A stretch of DNA of 64,000 nucleotides, from positions 1-64,000 of IMG/VR virus record IMGVR_UViG_3300028569_000020; one strand, 5' to 3'. The translations under genes and the position numbers were made by a program. The DNA comes from a virus. Numbering within the stretch: the stretch's first letter is position 1; every line of letters starts with the position of its first letter. Positions 55,324 to 64,000 of this stretch are shown piece after piece. The notes under the pieces were generated by a model. The model was not told the origin of the DNA, ran no database searches, and saw only the letters and a list, made by a program, of their open reading frames with translations.

Positions 55324-55417
55324 TGTTCGTGCATAGTTCGTGCAAATTTTACTGTTTTGAAATCATCTTTTTAATAAATATTTGTAGATCAAAAATGATT
55401 TCTATAGGGAGATAAAT

Positions 55418-57076
55418 ATGGCTGGTCAAGTATCACCTGGAATTGTATTAAGAGAACGTGATTTAACTAACTCAGTAGCAGTAGCTACTCAAGCAAATAC
55501 TGCTGCTATTGTTGGCGTCTTTGAAAAAGGACCAGTAAATGTAATTACCTCAATAACATCAGAAAAGCAATTAGTCGATACATTCGGCAGACCAAATTCA
55601 AATAATTTTGAAGATTGGTATGTTGCATCAACATTTTTAAGTTACGGTGGACAACTTCAAGTAGTTAGAGTAGCAGATTCAGCATTAAAAAATGCTGTTA
55701 CTGACTATGATACACAAGCTCCAAATGCTCCACTAATTACTTCTTTCTCTGATTTTGAAGCACAGAAAGGAACAACAACATATAAATTTGCTGCTCGCAC
55801 TGCTGGCACTTGGGGCAGTTCGCTTAAGGTATCTATTATTGATGGTAGTGTATCGTCAACCGCTTATGCGACTGCAACATATCATGGAATTTCTAAATGG
55901 TCTTCTATTGCAGCAAGACCAACAGATACAGATACTTGCCACGTTGTGGTTGTTGATGAAGGCGGTGTTATTACAGGTACCCCAGGCACATTATTAGAAA
56001 GTTTTATATTTACTTCTAGAGTTGCAACTGCAGTAAACACAGAAGGAGAAACAAACTTTTATCCTAATGTAATTAATAGAAGATCAAGATATGTTTTTGC
56101 TGACGAAACGGTTGCCGCAGGTGATTTAGATTTCTCTTTAGATGGAGGAGCAGACGGATATCAAGCAGCAACTTCTGCTTTAGAAGCAGCATATGCAAAA
56201 TTTGAAAATGTTGAAGATATCACAATCGATTTTATTCTTGGTGGTGGTAGTATTTCTTACGGAGCAACACCAGGAGATGCAACAAAAACTAAAGCATTAA
56301 AGGCAATTTCAATTGCTGCAAACAGAAAAGACTGTGTTGCTTTCATCTCACCTTATAGATCATTTGTTAGTTTGTCAGATTCTTCTGCACAAAAAGATGC
56401 AATCATTGCATACTTCAGTAATATAACTAGCACTTCATACGCAGTGTTTGATAGTGGATATAAGTATATCTACGACCGTTACAATGATGTATATCGTTAT
56501 ATTCCTTGTAACGGAGATGTTGCTGGATTGTGTGTGCAAACATCAGCAACTCTTGAAGATTGGTTTTCACCAGCTGGACTTCAAAGAGGAAATTTAAGAA
56601 ATGCTATTAAACTAGCATACACTCCATCTAAAACTGATAGAGACGAATTATATCAAAACAGAATTAATCCAATCACATCATTTCCTGGTCAAGGAATTGT
56701 GTTGTTTGGTGACAAAACTGCTCTTGGTACTCCAAGTGCTTTTGATAGAATTAACGTGCGTCGTTTATTCCTTGCGCTTGAAAGAAGAATTGGATCTGTT
56801 GCAAAAACAGTATTGTTTGAATTAAACGATGAGACCACAAGAAATTCATTCTTTACTACTGTCAACACTTACATGACTGAAGTACAAGCAAAACGTGGTG
56901 TTACTGATTATTTGGTTGTTTGTGATGATACAAACAACACACCAGATGTAATTGATAGAAATGAATTTGTTGCTGAAATTTATGTAAAACCATCAAGATC
57001 AATTAACTATATTACTATTACATTTGTTGCTACTAAAACAGGAACTTCATTTGCTGAAGTAACAGGTCAAGTTTAA
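55418..57076 (+). CDS. gp18: Tail sheath protein gp18
   Basis: SPGIVLRERDLT, WFSPAG..RG, AFDRINVRRLF. Confidence 0.97.
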   Translation: MAGQVSPGIVLRERDLTNSVAVATQANTAAIVGVFEKGPVNVITSITSEKQLVDTFGRPNSNNFEDWYVASTFLSYGGQLQVVRVADSALKNAVTDYDTQAPNAPLITSFSDFEAQKGTTTYKFAARTAGTWGSSLKVSIIDGSVSSTAYATATYHGISKWSSIAARPTDTDTCHVVVVDEGGVITGTPGTLLESFIFTSRVATAVNTEGETNFYPNVINRRSRYVFADETVAAGDLDFSLDGGADGYQAATSALEAAYAKFENVEDITIDFILGGGSISYGATPGDATKTKALKAISIAANRKDCVAFISPYRSFVSLSDSSAQKDAIIAYFSNITSTSYAVFDSGYKYIYDRYNDVYRYIPCNGDVAGLCVQTSATLEDWFSPAGLQRGNLRNAIKLAYTPSKTDRDELYQNRINPITSFPGQGIVLFGDKTALGTPSAFDRINVRRLFLALERRIGSVAKTVLFELNDETTRNSFFTTVNTYMTEVQAKRGVTDYLVVCDDTNNTPDVIDRNEFVAEIYVKPSRSINYITITFVATKTGTSFAEVTGQV

Positions 57077-57109
57077 ATTTATAAACATCATCACAAAAGG
57101 TAAAAAATA

Positions 57110-57703
57110 ATGGCAATCACTAGTAGCGTAAGTACATTTTTAAACACAGTAAAACAAGGAGTTAAGAATAACTTATTCCTAGTAAGTTTTGCTTATCCAG
57201 GAAGCCTCACTGAAGGAGCAGGTTTAGATACTACAAATTTGCTTTGCAAATCTGCTGCACTTCCAGCTTCAAATTTAGGTGTTATCGAAGTTCCTTTTAG
57301 AGGAAGAACAGTAAAAATTGCAGGAGATAGAACATTTGACACTTGGACTGCTACATTTATTAATGATCGAAATTTTGCAATCCGTCATGGATTTGAAAAA
57401 TGGATGGAAAATATTAATAAACACGAAGGAAATACTGCTGCTGCTTTTCAACCAGATAATGGTCCTACTGGTTACATGGCAGATTTAATAGTCAAACAAT
57501 TAGAAAGAGAAGCCTCAGACGGTGGTGCTGTATTAAGAGAATATTTATTTAAAAGTTGTTTCCCAACTAATATTTCACAAATTGATCTTGCTTATGATAG
57601 TAACGATCAAATTGAAGACTTTACTGTTGAATTCCAAATTCAATATTGGACAGCAGTTAACGGAACAGGGACAACTGTAACGGGCGGCGGAAAAATTGTC
57701 TAA
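57110..57703 (+). CDS. gp19: Tail tube protein gp19
   Basis: LCKSAALPAS..EVPFRGRTVKIAGDRTFDTW. Confidence 0.97.
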   Translation: MAITSSVSTFLNTVKQGVKNNLFLVSFAYPGSLTEGAGLDTTNLLCKSAALPASNLGVIEVPFRGRTVKIAGDRTFDTWTATFINDRNFAIRHGFEKWMENINKHEGNTAAAFQPDNGPTGYMADLIVKQLEREASDGGAVLREYLFKSCFPTNISQIDLAYDSNDQIEDFTVEFQIQYWTAVNGTGTTVTGGGKIV

Positions 57704-57730
57704 TAAATAGTGTATCAGTAATGTTTTAAA

Positions 57731-59362
57731 ATGAGTCAACTATTTGGATTTTCGATTAACGGGGTTGTTTCAAAACCAAAAGGACAATCCCCAATTCCAC
57801 CAAGTCAAGATGATGGAGTAGCTACAGTTGCTGGTGGTTATTTTGGTCATTATGTAGACATAGAAGGAATAGCGCGTAATGAGTTTGATCTCATTAGGCG
57901 CTATCGTGATATGGCATTGCACCCAGAAGTTGATAGTGCGGTAGATGAAATTGTCAATGAAGCAATTGTGAGTAATGAAAATCAATCATCAGTTTCTATT
58001 GAGTTATCTAATTTAGAAGTTGGTGATGGAATTAAAAATAAAATTAGAACAGAATTTAATTATGTAAAAAAACTTTTAAATTTTGATAAAAAAGGACATG
58101 AAATATTTCGTGGTTGGTATGTTGATGGAAGATCTTATTATCACAAAGTAGTAGATTTAGCAAATCCAAAAGCAGGTATTACTGAATTAAGATTTATTGA
58201 TCCGCTAAAAATTAAAAAAGTAAAACAAAGAATACAAGATAGAGAAAGAAATAGTCAGCAACTATTAAGCAGAGGAGATATAGCACAAACTGCTGATGCT
58301 TATGACTTTGGAGAATTTGTAGAATATTACCTTTACAACCCAAAAGGATTTATTAGCTTTGCTGGTGGACCAGATCCAATGCAAGGTGGTATGAGATTTG
58401 CTGCTGACTCCATTACATTCGCTCCATGTGGATTGATGGATTTAAACAAAAAAATGAATCTTAGTTATCTACACAAATCAATCAAAGCACTCAATCAAAT
58501 ACGTATGATTGAAGATTCTTTGGTTATCTACAGAATGTCTCGTGCTCCAGAAAGAAGAATTTTTTATATTGATGTCGGCAATTTACCTAAAGTAAAAGCA
58601 GAGCAATACTTACGAGAGACAATGAATCGTTATCGTAATAAATTAGTATACGATGCACAAACAGGAGAAATCCGTGATGATAAAAAGCATATGTCAATGC
58701 TTGAAGATTTCTGGTTACCTCGCCGTGAAGGTGGTAGAGGAACTGAAATCACTACATTACCAGGCGGTCAAAATCTTGGTGAACTCAAGGATGTTGAGTA
58801 TTTCAAAAAGAAGCTTTACAACTCACTCAACCTACCACCTTCCCGCCTTACGGATGACAACAAAGGGTTTAATCTTGGTAAGACCACCGAAGTTTTACGG
58901 GATGAATTAAAGTTTAATAAATTTGTCGGTAGACTTCGCAAAAAATTTGCTTTTATTTTTCATGATGTTCTTAGAACACAATTAATCTTAAAAGGAATTA
59001 TCACACCAGAAGACTGGGAAGATATGGAAGAAAACATTCAGTATGATTTTCTTTTTGATAATCATTTTTCTGAATTAAGAGACGCAGAGTTAATGAATAC
59101 TCGTCTTGACATTCTAATGAAAGTAGATCCTTTTGTTGGAAAATATTATTCTATTGAATATGTAAGAAAGCAAATTCTAAGACAATCGGATATAGAATTT
59201 GAAGAAATCGATAAACAAATGAAACTTGATATTGGAAGTGGAATGACTGCTGATCCAATACACACTAATAAAATGAATGCTCAAGCACTTGAAATTTCCG
59301 CAACACCGCCACCACCACCCACAGCACCAAAAGCATCTGTAAGTAGTAGTTCAGATAAATAA
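57731..59362 (+). CDS. gp20: Portal protein gp20
   Basis: RAPERRIFYIDVGNLPKVKAEQY, EDFWLPRREGGRGTEITTLPGG. Confidence 0.98.
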   Translation: MSQLFGFSINGVVSKPKGQSPIPPSQDDGVATVAGGYFGHYVDIEGIARNEFDLIRRYRDMALHPEVDSAVDEIVNEAIVSNENQSSVSIELSNLEVGDGIKNKIRTEFNYVKKLLNFDKKGHEIFRGWYVDGRSYYHKVVDLANPKAGITELRFIDPLKIKKVKQRIQDRERNSQQLLSRGDIAQTADAYDFGEFVEYYLYNPKGFISFAGGPDPMQGGMRFAADSITFAPCGLMDLNKKMNLSYLHKSIKALNQIRMIEDSLVIYRMSRAPERRIFYIDVGNLPKVKAEQYLRETMNRYRNKLVYDAQTGEIRDDKKHMSMLEDFWLPRREGGRGTEITTLPGGQNLGELKDVEYFKKKLYNSLNLPPSRLTDDNKGFNLGKTTEVLRDELKFNKFVGRLRKKFAFIFHDVLRTQLILKGIITPEDWEDMEENIQYDFLFDNHFSELRDAELMNTRLDILMKVDPFVGKYYSIEYVRKQILRQSDIEFEEIDKQMKLDIGSGMTADPIHTNKMNAQALEISATPPPPPTAPKASVSSSSDK

Positions 59363-59382
59363 TTATTTAATGGTTAAATCAC

Positions 59383-59577
59383 ATGGAAACTATTGATATT
59401 GTTAATGCTATTGCTTCTGGAAACAAACTAGATGCAATGGATAAAATTAACGATCATTTATATTCAAAAGCATCAGATGCTATGAAATCTTACAAAGAAA
59501 TTTTAGCACAATCTTTCTTCGCTTCTGCTGGAGAAGAATTAGATAACGAAACTCCAGAAGAAGGTAACGAAGAATGA
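59383..59577 (+). CDS. Small prohead core protein (gp67-like)
   Basis: Small acidic ORF between gp20 and gp21. Confidence 0.7.
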   Translation: METIDIVNAIASGNKLDAMDKINDHLYSKASDAMKSYKEILAQSFFASAGEELDNETPEEGNEE

Positions 59578-60218
59578 AACTAATTACAGAAAGTATCGAA
59601 GATATAGAAGTATTAGTAGAAGAAAAAAACGGTGTTAAAAATCTTTATATTGAAGGAGTATTTCTTCAAGGAGATATTAAAAACCGCAACGGTCGTGTAT
59701 ATCCTTTTGATATATTAGAGAGAGAAGTAAGTAGGTATAACGAGAATTATGTTATTGCTGGTCGTGCTCTTGGTGAATTAGGTCACCCAGATGGTCCTAC
59801 AGTAAACTTAGATAGAGTTTCTCACAAAATTATTTCACTTAAATCAGAAGGCAGTAATTTTATTGGTAAGGCGCAAATTCTTTCTACACCAATGGGAAGT
59901 ATTGCCAAATCTCTTTTGGAGTCTGGTGTTAAGTTAGGAGTTTCTTCTAGAGGGATGGGATCCATGGAAGAAAGAAATGGTGCTAGTTATGTGCGTGATG
60001 ATTTTATGCTAGCAACTGCTGCTGATATTGTGGCTGATCCTTCCGCACCTGATGCCTTTGTGAATGGAATTATGGAAGGAAAAGAATGGGTTTGGGATAA
60101 CGGTTTGTTAAAAGAAGCAAAAGTTGCTAAATACAAGAAGTATATTTCTGAATCTGCTAGGAAAAATATAGAAGAAAAATCACTAAAAGTCTTTGAAGAC
60201 TTTATGTTTAATTTATAA
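59574..60218 (+). CDS. gp21: Prohead protease gp21
   Basis: NRNGRVYP, ALGELGHP, GVSSRGMGS, DIVADPSAPDA. Confidence 0.97.
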   Translation: MKLITESIEDIEVLVEEKNGVKNLYIEGVFLQGDIKNRNGRVYPFDILEREVSRYNENYVIAGRALGELGHPDGPTVNLDRVSHKIISLKSEGSNFIGKAQILSTPMGSIAKSLLESGVKLGVSSRGMGSMEERNGASYVRDDFMLATAADIVADPSAPDAFVNGIMEGKEWVWDNGLLKEAKVAKYKKYISESARKNIEEKSLKVFEDFMFNL

Positions 60219-60270
60219 AATTAATAAATAATTGTAGAATAATCGTATACCTGTATAGGGGAAGCCAAAG

Positions 60271-61401
60271 ATGTCCGATATGTTAAACGAAAAGTTTGGG
60301 GAATTTATTGCTGAAACTGGTGATCCAATGCCATCAGTTGGAAGTTCTGTTGTACCTGGTAGTGCCACCGCTAGTGGCTACATGAAACCAGTAACAGGTC
60401 AATCAAGCACAGCAGTAAATGCTAATGCTTCAAACGGAAAAGATCCAATGCCAACAGTGCCAACTTCAGTTGTGCCTGGTCAATCAACAGAAGATGATGG
60501 TGGATCTACTTTTGAAAAACCAGAAGGCGAAGATAATCCTGGTGCTAAAGCAGCGTCACACAACAAAAAAGTTGCTGACGGTCATGTAACTCGTGACACT
60601 CATCAAGATCCAATGCCTTCTCTAAAATCATCAGGTTATCAAATTCCAGGTGGACCTAATAATACCAAAGTATTTGGTATGGAAGAAATCGATTATTCAT
60701 CTGATGATGACATCGAAGCTCTCGTAGAAGGAGAAGTAATTTCAGAGACATTCAAAGAAAAAGCAAAAACAATCTTTGAAGCTGCAGTCAAATCAAAAAT
60801 TGCTGAGCAAGTAAATTCAATTCAAGAGCAATACACAAACAGACTTTCGGAAGAAGTAGAAACCATTAAAGTTTCTCTTTCTGGAAAAGTAGATGAAGTC
60901 CTCAACTACGCTATTCAAAATTGGGTAGAAGAAAACGTAGTTGCCATCGATACAGGTCTCAAGCTAGAAATTGCTGAGAACTTTATGAGAGGTCTTAAAT
61001 CAGTTTTTGAAGATAACTATCTCGATATTCCTGATGACAAAATAGATGTTGTCGAATCATTGAATACCGAACTTTGTGAAATGGAGGAGCGCCTGACCGA
61101 ACAGCTTGAGCGCAATATTGAATTACATAATCGTCTTTCTGGATCTAGCAAAACTGTAATTTTAAATCAAATTTCTGAAGGTCTTGCTGATACACAAAAA
61201 GAAAAACTAGCTTCATTAGCAGAAGGTATTGAGTTTGTTTCGGAAGAAAATTTTGTTAAGAAACTTTCAACTCTTAAGGAATCATATTTCCCTAAATCTG
61301 TTACTAAAGAAATAGTAGACGAAACCCCAGTAGATGGTGAAGGTCAAGACCTGTCACCTTCAATGCAGTCCTACATGTCTGCCATTGCTCGCTGGTCATA
61401 A
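60271..61401 (+). CDS. gp22: Prohead core scaffold gp22
   Basis: FKEKAKTIFEAAV, acidic coiled coil, TLKESYF; synteny. Confidence 0.92.
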   Translation: MSDMLNEKFGEFIAETGDPMPSVGSSVVPGSATASGYMKPVTGQSSTAVNANASNGKDPMPTVPTSVVPGQSTEDDGGSTFEKPEGEDNPGAKAASHNKKVADGHVTRDTHQDPMPSLKSSGYQIPGGPNNTKVFGMEEIDYSSDDDIEALVEGEVISETFKEKAKTIFEAAVKSKIAEQVNSIQEQYTNRLSEEVETIKVSLSGKVDEVLNYAIQNWVEENVVAIDTGLKLEIAENFMRGLKSVFEDNYLDIPDDKIDVVESLNTELCEMEERLTEQLERNIELHNRLSGSSKTVILNQISEGLADTQKEKLASLAEGIEFVSEENFVKKLSTLKESYFPKSVTKEIVDETPVDGEGQDLSPSMQSYMSAIARWS

Positions 61402-61410
61402 CACTGATAA

Positions 61411-61418
61411 TATAAATA
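61411..61418 (+). promoter_or_regulatory. T4 late promoter TATAAATA for gp23
   Basis: Exact consensus; similar AATAAATA boxes at 35004, 55373, 57702, 60223 and 62912. Confidence 0.8.
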
Positions 61419-61469
61419 ATAATAATATTATTAACCCAATTTTTTCCAAACATCCAATAGGAGTTTAAA

Positions 61470-62861
61470 ATGTTTAACGCAGAAATGTTACAGGAAAAGT
61501 GGGCACCTGTTCTCAATCATTCAGGAGTCTCAGAGATTGCTGATAGACACAGAAAAGCTGTTACCGCTGTCCTTTTAGAAAATCAAGAAAAATTCATGCG
61601 TGAAGAGCGCGGCATCCTCAATGAGGTTGGCGTAAACTTTGCAGGCGCAACAAATATGACAGGTGCTGCATCAAACACTGGCGCTATCGCTGGTTTTGAT
61701 CCTGTGCTTATCAGCTTAATCCGCAGAGCAATGCCTAACCTCGTTGCATATGATATCTGTGGCGTACAACCAATGAGCGGTCCTACTGGACTTATCTTCG
61801 CTATGAAAGCGAAGTATGAGAATCAAGGAGGCGAAGAAGCATTCTACAACGAGCCTGATGCAGGTTTCTCTGGTGGATCAGATGCTTCCCAAGGCGCTTA
61901 CGGTGTGCGTAACCAGGCTGGCACTGGCGGAGACATGGAGGGTAACAACCCTGCAGTTCTTAACGATTCTAGCCCTGGCACATATGAGCTCGGATCTAAG
62001 TTAACTCGTGCTCAGTCTGAAGGACTTGGCGAATCTGGCGCCCTCTTCCGTGAGATGGCATTCAGTATCGAAAAGACTTCGGTTACTGCAAAATCAAGAG
62101 CACTCAAGGCAGAATACACTCTAGAGCTTGCACAAGACCTCAAGGCTATTCATGGTCTTGATGCTGAGCAAGAGCTTGCTAACATTCTCTCTTCAGAGAT
62201 TCTTGCCGAAATCAACCGCGAAATTATTCGCACCGTTTATTTCGTTGCTAAGAAAGGTGCTCAGCACAATGTTGCAACTCCTGGTGTATTTGATCTCGAT
62301 GTTGATTCCAACGGTCGTTGGATGGCAGAGAAGTTCAAAGGTCTTCTATTCCAAATTGATCGCGATGCTAATGCTATCGCTCAAGAAACACGTAGAGGTA
62401 AGGGCAACTTCATCATCTGCTCAGCAGACGTTGCTTCCGCTCTTAACTTAACTGGCGCTTTAGATTACGCTCCTGCTCTCAGCACTTCAATGAATGTTGA
62501 TGACACTGGAAACGTATTCGCTGGCACACTCAACGGTCGTGTTAAAGTATACATCGATCCATTCGGTGGTCCTTCATATACTCAAAGTAATGCCTCTAAG
62601 CACTACTACGTGATGGGTTATAAAGGCACCTCACCTTATGACGCTGGACTCTTCTACTGCCCTTACGTGCCCCTTCAGATGGTGCGTAGTATCGGTCAGG
62701 ATACCTTCCAGCCTAAGATCGGATTCAAGACTCGCTATGGCATGGTTGCTAACCCATTCGTTACCGTTGACGGTGCTTTTGGATCTGCTCCTACAGGCGA
62801 GACAATGAATGCAAATTCAAACCAGTACTACAGAAGAGTACAAATCATCAACATCAACTGA
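61470..62861 (+). CDS. gp23: Major capsid protein gp23
   Basis: GVQPMSGPTGLIFAM, SRALKAEYTLELAQDLKAIHGLDAE, FQPKIGFKTRYG. Confidence 0.99.
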   Translation: MFNAEMLQEKWAPVLNHSGVSEIADRHRKAVTAVLLENQEKFMREERGILNEVGVNFAGATNMTGAASNTGAIAGFDPVLISLIRRAMPNLVAYDICGVQPMSGPTGLIFAMKAKYENQGGEEAFYNEPDAGFSGGSDASQGAYGVRNQAGTGGDMEGNNPAVLNDSSPGTYELGSKLTRAQSEGLGESGALFREMAFSIEKTSVTAKSRALKAEYTLELAQDLKAIHGLDAEQELANILSSEILAEINREIIRTVYFVAKKGAQHNVATPGVFDLDVDSNGRWMAEKFKGLLFQIDRDANAIAQETRRGKGNFIICSADVASALNLTGALDYAPALSTSMNVDDTGNVFAGTLNGRVKVYIDPFGGPSYTQSNASKHYYVMGYKGTSPYDAGLFYCPYVPLQMVRSIGQDTFQPKIGFKTRYGMVANPFVTVDGAFGSAPTGETMNANSNQYYRRVQIININ

Positions 62862-62878
62862 TTCAGTTTGTTGAATTC

Positions 62879-62906
62879 AAAGACTCCCGAAAGGGGGTCT
62901 TTTTTT
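62879..62906 (+). terminator. Intrinsic terminator after gp23
   Basis: AAAGACTCCC-GAAA-GGGGGTCTTT followed by a T run. Confidence 0.9.
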
Positions 62907-62932
62907 ATGCGAATAAATAATAATAAAAGATT

Positions 62933-63448
62933 ATGGGACAGACTAAGTGGTATTCAGAGCAACCGAAAAATAGAAATTTTCTTGCTCCAGTAGGATTTAA
63001 GATGGAATTAGATCTATTTGTAGGCGTAGATTTTTTCTGTCAACGAGCAAATATTCCTGATATAACATTACCGTATACTGAAGTGCCAACAAGGTTTAGA
63101 AGTTTCCCTATCGCTTCTGCTGGAGGAATACAAACAGGCGATTTAAATTTAACATTTATTATTGATGAAGAATTAAAAAATTATATGACTATTCAAAACT
63201 GGATAAAGAAAAATGGATTATACGAAGAGCATAGTAATTCAGAAGCAGAGTATTCTGGAGGAAGATTAGAAATCACAACAAGTAATTTTAATATTGCTGC
63301 ATATGTTTCATACGAAAATCTTTTTCCAATATCTTTATCTGATGTTAGATTTGATGTATCCGACACAGACGTAGAATACTTTACTGCCGAAGCATCATTT
63401 AAATACACTTCTTTTGAAATTAGAAATAAACGTAATATAAAATTATGA
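62933..63448 (+). CDS. gp3: Tail completion protein gp3
   Basis: NRNFLAPVGF, FFCQRANIP, FIIDEELKNY, FPISLS. Confidence 0.9.
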   Translation: MGQTKWYSEQPKNRNFLAPVGFKMELDLFVGVDFFCQRANIPDITLPYTEVPTRFRSFPIASAGGIQTGDLNLTFIIDEELKNYMTIQNWIKKNGLYEEHSNSEAEYSGGRLEITTSNFNIAAYVSYENLFPISLSDVRFDVSDTDVEYFTAEASFKYTSFEIRNKRNIKL

Positions 63449-63918
63449 AATTTGATCATTTGAAAACACTTTTTAATCATGTTAAATCAGAATGGCAAGC
63501 AGACTCACATATAGACTTTGAATTTAAAAATAAACAATACTCAGCAGACCTAGCACAAATTTCTTTAGACATTCCTTATCAGCACAACAAATACTTAAAC
63601 TTCTACACAGACTTCTCAACAGAAAAAACGGCACTGGAATTTCAGTATCGCATAAAGTTAAAAGAGAAACGAGAATACTATCAAGGAGAAGCAGACCCAG
63701 AGATATACAAAGAAAAACCTTTTGGGCAATCTATCAAGACCTCAGAAAAAATGAAAGTTTATCTAGAGGCAGACGAAGATTTAATTAATATAGAAATAAA
63801 AATAGAGTTTATTAGTAAGGCTTTATTCTTCTTAGATAATATTCTTAAGATGATATCAAACAGGTCTTTCCAAATCAAAAATGCCATCGAATGGGAAAAA
63901 TTCATCAACGGTAACTAA
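63445..63918 (+). CDS. uvsY: Recombination mediator UvsY
   Basis: IPYQHNKY, EYYQG, YLEADED, ISNRSFQIKNAIEW. Confidence 0.92.
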   Translation: MKFDHLKTLFNHVKSEWQADSHIDFEFKNKQYSADLAQISLDIPYQHNKYLNFYTDFSTEKTALEFQYRIKLKEKREYYQGEADPEIYKEKPFGQSIKTSEKMKVYLEADEDLINIEIKIEFISKALFFLDNILKMISNRSFQIKNAIEWEKFINGN

Positions 63919-64000
63919 TGAATAAAATTGTAGTTAAAAAGAAAAACGAAGTCTTTTTACAAATTTCTGCAGATCCTGGAATACACATGGAATTATCAGA
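63918..64000 (+). CDS. uvsW: UvsW helicase, 5' part only
   Basis: MNKIVVKKKNEVFLQISADPGIHMELS; follows uvsY with a TAATG overlap. Confidence 0.75.
   Translation, partial: MNKIVVKKKNEVFLQISADPGIHMELS

Noticed and set aside
55325-55344. Short direct repeat GTTCGTGCA x2 upstream of gp18
   Set aside because: Too short to assign a function without conservation data
53432-62861. Introns, inteins or homing endonucleases in gp17, gp20 and gp23
   Set aside because: The ORFs are continuous and of normal length; the 75-aa zinc-finger ORF after gp17 lacks a nuclease domain
11037-63480. Short antisense and out-of-frame ORFs inside the structural genes
   Set aside because: They are nested within well-supported T4 core or fibre genes, as expected from codon bias, and have no independent signals
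1-64000. tRNA, rRNA or photosynthesis genes
   Set aside because: None recognised; the cyanophage assignment rests on gene order and protein style, not on psbA/hli markers

Overview
This window comes from a T4-like myovirus, most likely a cyanomyophage. All credible genes are on the + strand. From about 6.1 kb to the end is the virion morphogenesis region: PAAR, gp25, gp6, a 2996-aa gp7, gp8, a VrlC-like protein, a block of mosaic tail fibre/spike genes, a glycine-rich adhesin, gp13-gp23, gp3, uvsY and the start of uvsW. Many T4 late-promoter boxes (TATAAATA/AATAAATA) lie in this part. A cassette encoding a 2OG-Fe(II) oxygenase and a flavin-dependent halogenase, with its own consensus sigma70 promoter, sits between the adhesin and gp13. 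The most striking part is 0.6-4.8 kb, a GC-rich island in an otherwise AT-rich genome. It holds about 13 repeated promoter-plus-microgene units spaced roughly every 200-300 bp. A typical unit is a palindromic half-site (CTG[G/T]CAC), then a GC hairpin over the -35 position, a sigma70 -10 box, an A/C-rich leader and one 41-81 aa ORF. Many of these microgenes are missing or mis-started in the supplied ORF track. All family assignments come from motif recognition by eye; no searches were run.
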